Origin: Candidatus Methanophagales archaeon | GTDB lineage: Archaea > Halobacteriota > Syntropharchaeia > Alkanophagales > Methanospirareceae | DNA length: 12,307 nt | Assembly (NCBI GenBank): GCA_030612405.1 | Contig: JAUWNY010000068.1 | Location: 1-12,307, forward strand | Reading direction: 5' to 3' | Shown here: one piece after another, positions 6,066 through 11,933 of the stretch | Layout: each line of letters starts with the position of its first letter | Position numbering within the stretch: position 1 is the first letter of the stretch | Notes under the pieces: model-generated | Told to the model about the DNA's origin: nothing | The model's input: the letters and a program-made list of their open reading frames with translations, nothing else | The model's database searches: none | Program-made: the position numbers and the translations under genes

Positions 6066-6815
6066 TCAAGCTTTCTTTTTTAAAGAGAGTCTTGCTATTA
6101 GTAATCCAAGCTCGAACATAGCTATTGACACCACCGCCATCAACATTGAAATACCCGTAGGGTCGGCGATGACAAAGAGAGCGATTCCTATTATCAGCCC
6201 ATAAAATATCAGTCGCTTACCCCTGAGCCATGAATACGTTACGAGCTTCATCCTTACCGCCAGAGCCATTATTAAAGGGATTTGAAAAATCAGCCCGAAT
6301 CCCACAGCGGTGTAAAGGATAATAGAGAAAACCCTTTTAGCTGAAAGCCTCACCAGTGCTATCTCGCCGGAGTAGGCGATAATGTAATCAAAAACGCGTG
6401 GAAGCACGATGTAATAGGCGAAGAAAGCGCCGAGTCCATACAAGCATAGCGAAGGAATAACAACAATCATGAAAAATCGCCTCTCCGACGGATATAAACC
6501 CGGTCGCATAAAAGCGAAAATCTCATATAGTAACAAGGGTAAAATAACAGAAAGAGCACATAAAAAGGAGAACATCAGCCTCACGCTTAGCCATTCCATC
6601 GGACCGTACACAAATAAAGACATATCACCGTGGAATAGATGGGTTAATAAGACGTGAAGGTAATCGTTTGAAAAAGGGAACATGATCAGGGTAACCGCTG
6701 CGAACGGGATTAAAACAACGACGAGTCTTCTTCGTAGTTCGGCGAGATGCGCGATTAATGGAAGCTCCTCATCGCTCACAGGTTCACTTATCTCATTTCC
6801 AGTTTGCAATTCCAT
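6066..6815 (-). CDS. tatC: TatC paralogue 1
   Basis: LIAHLAELRRRLV (TatC N-terminus) and FMRPGLYPSERRF (compare E. coli FIAPALYKHERRL). Six hydrophobic segments. I prefer ATG 6815 (MELQ...). The ORF-track start at 6851 is a TTG. Confidence 0.8.
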   Translation of the reverse strand: MELQTGNEISEPVSDEELPLIAHLAELRRRLVVVLIPFAAVTLIMFPFSNDYLHVLLTHLFHGDMSLFVYGPMEWLSVRLMFSFLCALSVILPLLLYEIFAFMRPGLYPSERRFFMIVVIPSLCLYGLGAFFAYYIVLPRVFDYIIAYSGEIALVRLSAKRVFSIILYTAVGFGLIFQIPLIMALAVRMKLVTYSWLRGKRLIFYGLIIGIALFVIADPTGISMLMAVVSIAMFELGLLIARLSLKKKA

Positions 6816-6857
6816 TTTTTTCTTATCCTCTTCCCTTTTAGTCAGGAGCAATGACAG

Positions 6858-7592
6858 ATGACAAGCAGTAGCATCAGCGAGGAGTTTGGATATATAATAG
6901 AAGCGTTAAAGAGAAAAATCATGCTTATTTCGGGCATTGTCATCGCTACTATGCTTCTCTCTTTTTCTTTATTGGTAGACCCCGCGTTACAGAGGATAAA
7001 ACAAGACCTCCTGCCTGCAGGCGCCACCCTCATCTATATTTCACCCGTAGAAGTGATAATGCTGAAGTTAAGGATAGCCTTGCTCACTGGCGTAATACTT
7101 GCCACTCCTGTTGTATGCTATTATGCATATAAGACATTAAAAGCGAGGTTCGGGATAAAGAGTCCAATGAAAAAAACACATCTCTTTATATTGCTTGGTT
7201 CTGCCATTTCTTTGTTCATTGCAGGGATAAGTTACGCTTACTTCCTTATGCTGCCGCTCGTTCTCCGTTATCTCAACTATATGTCATCATCAGCGGGTGT
7301 TATTGCTACCTGGTCAATCAACGAGTTCGTATTTTTTGTTGTTGTAATAACGCTCATACTGGGGTTAGCGTTTGAACTGCCTATCGTTATCGTCTTTGTC
7401 GTTTATTCCGGACTCGTCCAGGTAAACACGCTGAAGGAATACAGGCGGTACGTCCTTGTGGGAATGTTCGTTCTCGCAGCATTTTTTACACCGCCAGATG
7501 TGGTGAGTCAGCTCATTGTCGCTTTTCCTTTGATTGTTTTCTATGAGGTAGGAATAATACTTGCGAGCATTATCTCTAAGAGACGTTTGTAA
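6858..7592 (+). CDS. tatC: TatC paralogue 2, divergently transcribed from paralogue 1
   Basis: [30 protein letters not shown] matches E. coli [32 protein letters not shown] matches FEVPVAIVL. SD caggag lies upstream. Confidence 0.85.
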   Translation: [244 protein letters not shown]

Positions 7593-7595
7593 TTG

Positions 7596-7645
7596 CAAGA
7601 AAACAGAAAATAAATTATAGACACAGATTAACGCAGATTAACACA
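7596..7645 (+). repeat. Intergenic repeat 'module A', copy 2
   Basis: 49/50 identical to 113..162. Starts 4 nt after the tatC2 stop. Confidence 0.9.
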
Positions 7646-7750
7646 GATGATAAGAATCAACACGCTTAAACTACAAGAAATGGTAGTAAACATAGGATAA
7701 AATCATTAATATAACGCTGAAAATGGGTTTCTGTTATTGTTCTCTCGTGA

Positions 7751-7770
7751 AAATCTGTGTAATCTTGTGG
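7751..7770 (-). repeat. Inverted arm partner of module A copy 2 (CCACAAGATTACACAGATTT on the minus strand)
   Basis: aaatctgtgtaatcttgtgg is an imperfect reverse complement of the CACAGATTAA units at 7621-7645. A tttata box (minus strand, 7796-7791) lies about 23 bp away. Confidence 0.55.
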
Positions 7771-7796
7771 TTAATACTTTTTGGAATGACTATAAA

Positions 7797-8522
7797 TCAC
7801 AAAATCCGCCATCCGTTCGTGTACACATTAAACCGTTTATCGCGGGCGAACCCGACAAGGGTTATGCCAAATTCGGTTGCATCTCGTATTGCCTGTTCAG
7901 TAGGTGCAGAAACGCTTATGGCAACAGGGAAACCCGCAAAGAGCACCTTCTTCACGGTGGTGTGCGTTTGTCGGGAAGAAGTAACTAAAATGTTTTCAGA
8001 AATCGCTATCCCGTTTTTAATGCACGTCCCTATGAGCTTGTCTATCGCGCAATGCCTGCTAACATCTTCGATAAAGATGCCCTGTCCATTTTGATCGAAA
8101 GCCGCAACCACATGCGTGCCACCCGTCGCTTTATACAATACGCCCTCCTCTTCTAACTCTTTTACACGTTTAAACACGTCTTCGCACCTTATTTTTATCC
8201 TTGAGTTGACCTTCGAGGGCTTCCGATGGACTTCTCGCTCTAACGTAACACGTATTACATATTTCCCGGGTTTCGCCTCTTCGACATCGAGATTCGCGAT
8301 GTAAGAAGTGTCAAGCCCCTCGGAGTTCAAATGCCCGATTGCCAGCTCTTCAAAATGCGAAGGCAGGCAAAATAACTGGCTGTGTAGTTCTCCCCCTACG
8401 TCTATCCTTACTTCCGCTTCGCGAACGACAAAATCGTCTCTACGTCTTTGTAAGCATTTATCTCCAGAAACTTCGCGGATTTTCACGGGGGCAAGCGCTC
8501 CCCCCCTTTTCTTCGGGTCCAT
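7797..8522 (-). CDS. fdhD: FdhD-family formate dehydrogenase accessory sulfurtransferase
   Basis: ATGGTHVVAAF, SRHCAIDKLIG (compare GRHNAxDK), LVTSSRQTHTTVKK, VSAPTEQAIRDATEFGITLVGFAR. 241 aa. Confidence 0.85.
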   Translation of the reverse strand: MDPKKRGGALAPVKIREVSGDKCLQRRRDDFVVREAEVRIDVGGELHSQLFCLPSHFEELAIGHLNSEGLDTSYIANLDVEEAKPGKYVIRVTLEREVHRKPSKVNSRIKIRCEDVFKRVKELEEEGVLYKATGGTHVVAAFDQNGQGIFIEDVSRHCAIDKLIGTCIKNGIAISENILVTSSRQTHTTVKKVLFAGFPVAISVSAPTEQAIRDATEFGITLVGFARDKRFNVYTNGWRIL

Positions 8523-8578
8523 ACTGTTTTATCAATCATATTTTTAAACCAAATCTTCTTAAATCAAACGACTGAAAG

Positions 8579-8738
8579 TTTGGTTAGAAGATGCAGACAA
8601 AACCTAAAACATTTAGGGAAAAAACCAAAAACCTATCAATAATTTAGAAAAAACAGTAAAAACTTCATTTTTAAAAAGAATCTTCGTTAATGTCTTATAT
8701 TCATTTGTGTCGCAAAAAATCGAAAGCTTTTTATACTG
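8579..8738. promoter_or_regulatory. Control module U2 in the fdhD / cytochrome divergent intergenic region (homologue of 901..1051)
   Basis: The collinear block 8599..8738 (140 nt) aligns with 911..1051 (141 nt) and shares all conserved sub-blocks. TATA tttttata at 8728-8735. Confidence 0.75.
8603..8617. promoter_or_regulatory. Perfect 6-3-6 palindrome CCTAAA-aca-TTTAGG (operator candidate)
   Basis: Half-sites identical to 915..929 with a different spacer. Confidence 0.6.
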
Positions 8739-8795
8739 CGTAATCCCAAAGTTACGTAACAGCGATTCTATTGGATATAGGGAGATAGAAGAAAG

Positions 8796-9929
8796 ATGCC
8801 AAAAAGAGAATACGCAAGAAGCTGTAAATCGATGAGTGCAATAGTGAAGACTGCGAAGCCAATGTTGCCCCTGCTAGTTATTGCAGTGTTAGCGGTATCG
8901 CTGGTGAGTATAGCGATAGCGGCTGAGGAAGACTTCGGCGGTTGTGAAGGCTGTCACCCGGGAATTGCCGAGAATTTTTCGACATCGCTGCACTACACCC
9001 TCAGGGGAATGCCGGCAGAGTGGGAGAAAGGTGCAGCAGGGCATTTCGGAATTGATATGGATGCGTTTTATGCAAAGGGCAACTGCACTAACTGCCATGT
9101 CAGCACCTGCGAAAAGTGCCATGAAGGAGGGCATGGTGCGGAGATAACCATAGATACATGTGACCAATGCCATTTAAAGAAGCAGGCAGGGTTTGTAGGA
9201 GATACTCCAGCACATAAAGGTACAGGACCCAACGCCGACATCCACTATGAGATGGGGCTTATATGCATAGATTGCCATACAGCGGAAGAGATGCACGGTA
9301 CTGGTGTTGAGTATAGCACGATGCTTGAAGCAGTCACGACAGAGTGTGAGGACTGCCACAACAGTCCGGGGAAGGTTGTCAAGGACATGCCCGTGACGCA
9401 GTATTCACCTGATACGCCATCGCACAAGATACACGGAGAGAAACTTGACTGTACAGCATGCCACTCAGGATGGACGCCAACATGTACAAACTGCCATATA
9501 GATATCGAGAAGCCTCCCGGGACGGCTACAGTAGTGACAGACGAGTTCTATCTTGCTAAAGGTGTTGATGGCAAGATAAAACCGTTCCTTAAAATAGCGG
9601 CTATCTATAATAACGAAACGCATACAGGATGGGCTGAATGGTTCCCTCATACAACCACAAAAGTGGCAAAAGACTGTGCATTCTGTCACGAAAACCCGGA
9701 AGTGCTCTGTGAGGGTTGCGAGGATCAAACCCCCCTCACAATGCTCGGACCCGGAGGTTCATTCATACCACAAGAGACGATAGACAAGGTTTTAGCTGTA
9801 GAAATGCCTGCGGCACCAACGGAAACACCAGCAGAACCAGCAGCAACGCCTACACCACCAGGTTTCGAACTGATATTCGCAGTGATTGCTATTGCAGTGG
9901 TTGTGCTTCTTGCAAAACGGAGACATTAG
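8796..9929 (+). CDS. Nonaheme c-type cytochrome, secreted, with Thr/Pro linker and PGF-CTERM anchor
   Basis: Nine CxxCH motifs: CEGCH, CTNCH, CEKCH, CDQCH, CIDCH, CEDCH, CTACH, CTNCH, CAFCH. N-terminal hydrophobic signal MLPLLVIAVLAVSLVSIAIAA. C-terminus PAEPAATPTPPGFELIFAVIAIAVVVLLAKRRH. Confidence 0.95.
   Translation: MPKREYARSCKSMSAIVKTAKPMLPLLVIAVLAVSLVSIAIAAEEDFGGCEGCHPGIAENFSTSLHYTLRGMPAEWEKGAAGHFGIDMDAFYAKGNCTNCHVSTCEKCHEGGHGAEITIDTCDQCHLKKQAGFVGDTPAHKGTGPNADIHYEMGLICIDCHTAEEMHGTGVEYSTMLEAVTTECEDCHNSPGKVVKDMPVTQYSPDTPSHKIHGEKLDCTACHSGWTPTCTNCHIDIEKPPGTATVVTDEFYLAKGVDGKIKPFLKIAAIYNNETHTGWAEWFPHTTTKVAKDCAFCHENPEVLCEGCEDQTPLTMLGPGGSFIPQETIDKVLAVEMPAAPTETPAEPAATPTPPGFELIFAVIAIAVVVLLAKRRH
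9858..9926 (+). other. PGF-CTERM archaeosortase-A sorting signal
   Basis: PGF, then a hydrophobic helix, then KRRH at the extreme C-terminus, preceded by a T/P-rich linker. Confidence 0.85.
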
Positions 9930-9944
9930 GTAAAAAAGAGTGTG

Positions 9945-9986
9945 AGGGTCTAAGCAATCGGCTGGACCCTTTTTTTTATTTTTTTA
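9945..9986 (+). terminator. Hairpin (agggtc/gaccct) plus T8-A-T7 terminator
   Basis: agggtctaagcaatcggctggaccctttttttttattttttt. Duplicated at 11759..11799. Confidence 0.7.
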
Positions 9987-10007
9987 TTGCATAATACTCA
10001 ATAAAGC

Positions 10008-10034
10008 GTAAAAAATCGGAAACCATTATATACT
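10008..10034 (+). promoter_or_regulatory. Core promoter U3 of the 426-aa gene (TATA ttatatac at 10026-10033)
   Basis: gtaaaaaatcggaaaccattatatact is 21/27 identical to 1024..1050. The downstream 15-mer agcaggaggtaaaaa (10067-10081) is identical to 1069-1083. Confidence 0.6.
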
Positions 10035-10082
10035 CTAAAATTTAAGGAAGATATTACATGTCTAATAGCAGGAGGTAAAAAT

Positions 10083-11363
10083 ATGGGTAAAAATAGAATA
10101 GTGATAACTGTTGTAGCAACAGTTATTGTTGCTGCTCTGGTTCTATCGGCTGTATCTGTTGCACAGATGCACGGTAAGGGCGGAATGCAGAGAATGGGGC
10201 CACAGCAGGCAATGGGCGTAGGGCAGGGGTTACGTCATGGAGCTGGCATGCACGGTGGTCCAGGATTTATGTATCAGAGCGGGTGTGCGTATGGCGAATA
10301 CGTAACATTTTCTGTGGATGAAACAAGCGGAATCGTTTATGACTATGGCATAGCCGGGGATCCTATGCTGACCTCCATCGAGGTCGTTGATTTTGAATAT
10401 GGCGACACAATAGTGAGTGGTGCAGTCACACGGATTATAAATGAGAATGGCTCAATAGCGATTATGTTGCACGATACGCCGTCAGCGCCGTTGAATTTTT
10501 TAGCCACAACGGATTTCACCGTTAAATTCGAGGTGGCAGACGGCGTAACGATATCAGAGGACGATACTGGTGTGAAACTCGAATCAGGCGAGGTGTCTGC
10601 ATATATCCTTGCAACTGCGCCAGCAGGCGTCACAGCACCAGCAGTAACGATATCCGGGCAAATAGTCACGATTGATGCACCTGCTAGCAGTGTAGTGCTG
10701 CTTCGAGCAGTACCTGTGATTTTTGGGTATGACGGTGCCACCATGACAATGAACAGAAACTTCGTCAGGCGGATGGTAAACGACCAAATCGGGGCTGATG
10801 TCACCATCGGTGCACAACAAAGTGCATATTGCATTTTTGATTACGCCAACCTGACTCCGATGCAGTTATCATACAACAACCGAACATGCTTTAGAATACT
10901 AAATAGAACTCCGACACAACTTAAAATCGCACTGAACTCGGATTCACCATTGGGCAGGCTGATTGGCATCAATCTCGACAATGCTTTCGGACTGCAGGAC
11001 CGTGAGACGTTGCAGATTCGATACGATGGTAGGGTTTTGCCGTGTTTATCTAATCCCGAACAGGTAATACAAGCACGTGAAACTACCTGCTGGTTAAATC
11101 GATACAACAACACAAGGGCACAGTTGATGCTATATGTAAGCAACTTTTCCGAGCATATTCTCGAAATCGAAGTTTATGAGGAGAGAGAAGAGGTGGAGCC
11201 TACTGCCGCTCCGAATGTGACTCAAACACCGACATCCACGCCATTCGAACCAACTGTGACAGAGTCACCCACACAGGACACACCAGGATTTGGTGCACTT
11301 GCAGTCGTTATGGGGGTTATCGTTGCATTAATCATGAAACGGCGTTACGGGCGTTCCAAATAA
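10083..11363 (+). CDS. Secreted PGF-CTERM surface protein of unknown function with a Met/His/Gly-rich N-terminal segment, probably a glycoprotein
   Basis: Signal/TM IVITVVATVIVAALVLSAVSVA. Then MHGKGGMQRMGPQQAMGVGQGLRHGAGMHGGPGFM. Seven N-x-S/T sequons. C-terminal T/P-rich linker plus PGFGALAVVMGVIVALIMKRRYGRSK. I recognise no family for the central domain. Confidence 0.8.
   Translation: MGKNRIVITVVATVIVAALVLSAVSVAQMHGKGGMQRMGPQQAMGVGQGLRHGAGMHGGPGFMYQSGCAYGEYVTFSVDETSGIVYDYGIAGDPMLTSIEVVDFEYGDTIVSGAVTRIINENGSIAIMLHDTPSAPLNFLATTDFTVKFEVADGVTISEDDTGVKLESGEVSAYILATAPAGVTAPAVTISGQIVTIDAPASSVVLLRAVPVIFGYDGATMTMNRNFVRRMVNDQIGADVTIGAQQSAYCIFDYANLTPMQLSYNNRTCFRILNRTPTQLKIALNSDSPLGRLIGINLDNAFGLQDRETLQIRYDGRVLPCLSNPEQVIQARETTCWLNRYNNTRAQLMLYVSNFSEHILEIEVYEEREEVEPTAAPNVTQTPTSTPFEPTVTESPTQDTPGFGALAVVMGVIVALIMKRRYGRSK
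11283..11360 (+). other. PGF-CTERM sorting signal
   Basis: TPGFGALAVVMGVIVALIMKRRYGRSK. Confidence 0.8.
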
Positions 11364-11374
11364 CCTCCCCCCAC

Positions 11375-11382
11375 TTTTTTTT
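11375..11382 (+). terminator. T8 run after the 426-aa gene
   Basis: ccccccacttttttttccc lies 12 nt after the stop codon. Confidence 0.45.
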
Positions 11383-11461
11383 CCCAATTCCGCAAAACAT
11401 TAAACAGTATTCCAATTTTGAACAAAACCCCTTCGGGGAAATTTAGAACGCGTTAGTTCGC

Positions 11462-11743
11462 ACACACAGTAACAGACACAAGCCAAAGGATTGTGTATTC
11501 TGCCACGACAGCAAGGAAGTGCTTTGCGAGGGTTGCGAAGGTGATATTCTCGGACAAGGAGGTTCACTTATAGCTCAAGAGACGATAGACAAGATATACG
11601 GGATAGCTATGCCAACTGAAACACCAACACCAACGGTCACATCGGCTACGCCAGCAGCAACGCCTACACCACCAGGTTTCGAACTGATATTCGCAGTGAT
11701 TGCAATTGCAGTGGTTGTGCTTCTTGCAAAACGGAGACATTAG
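11462..11743 (+). pseudogene. 5'-truncated remnant of a paralogous multiheme cytochrome gene (last CxxCH, linker and PGF-CTERM)
   Basis: In-frame translation ...KDCVFCHDSKEVLCEGCEGDILGQGGSLIAQETIDK...PGFELIFAVIAIAVVVLLAKRRH parallels residues KDCAFCHENPEVLCEGCEDQ... of the 8796 gene. The frame is closed by TAG at 11444-11446 and has no ATG upstream of the homology. The ORF-track start at 11519 is a GTG inside the homology. Confidence 0.75.
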
Positions 11744-11758
11744 TTAAAAAAGAGGGTG

Positions 11759-11799
11759 AGGGTCTAAGCAATCGGCTGGACCCTTTTTTTATTTTTTTA
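11759..11799 (+). terminator. Second copy of the hairpin plus oligo-T terminator
   Basis: agggtctaagcaatcggctggaccctttttttattttttt. Confidence 0.7.
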
Positions 11800-11846
11800 T
11801 TGTATATAAAGTATAGCTTCCTTCTATTCAAGACACAGATTTATAC
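11794..11846 (+). repeat. Intergenic repeat 'module B', copy 2 (TATA tatataaa at 11803-11810)
   Basis: 48/53 identical to the reverse complement of 260..312. Confidence 0.85.
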
Positions 11847-11855
11847 AAATTAAGC

Positions 11856-11931
11856 GAGTTTAGAGGTTTAGCTCGTTAGCGGCTCAGTCCATTTGACCAA
11901 AACGCTAAACCGCTAAACCGCCAAACCGCTA
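11856..11931. repeat. Palindromic array: GTTTAG-type units (11856-11882) facing a tandem 8-bp repeat CGCTAAAC x3.6 (11903-11931)
   Basis: gagtttagaggtttagctcgttagcgg ... cgctaaac cgctaaac cgccaaac cgcta. The arms are mutually complementary in several registers. Confidence 0.8.
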
Positions 11932-11933
11932 TA

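Noticed and set aside
7723-8094. Plus-strand ORFs 7723-8094 and 7737-7988, and 8116-8575, overlapping fdhD
   Set aside because: They are antisense to a CDS with clear FdhD motifs. Their 5' ends fall in the repeat element. No motifs are recognisable.
10034-10048. ctctaaaatttaagg downstream of the U3 TATA box as a third copy of the CCTAAA-N3-TTTAGG operator
   Set aside because: The resemblance is only partial. The half-sites are not an inverted repeat of each other and the spacing differs. In AT-rich promoter DNA this is within chance expectation.
10343-10834. 163-aa minus-strand ORF (and 10584-10820, 10841-11143) antisense to the 426-aa gene
   Set aside because: These are shadow ORFs. The plus-strand frame has a coherent signal peptide, linker and PGF-CTERM organisation and a matching promoter and SD.
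11427-11437. ccccttcgggg mini-hairpin (4-bp stem with a ttcg loop) as a functional RNA or terminator element
   Set aside because: It is too short and isolated and has no adjacent T-run. The T8 run at 11375-11382 is the more plausible terminator for the upstream gene.
11519-11743. 74-aa ORF as a stand-alone functional gene (small PGF-CTERM protein)
   Set aside because: Its GTG start lies inside a longer stretch of in-frame homology to the cytochrome gene that has no start codon, signal peptide or promoter. It is best read as the tail of a truncated paralogue. A functional mini-protein cannot be formally excluded.
11903-11931. CRISPR array or other spacer-containing repeat (also considered for 141-160 and 826-887)
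   Set aside because: The units are 8-10 bp, directly abutting and without spacers. They are far shorter than CRISPR repeats, and no cas genes are present in the window.
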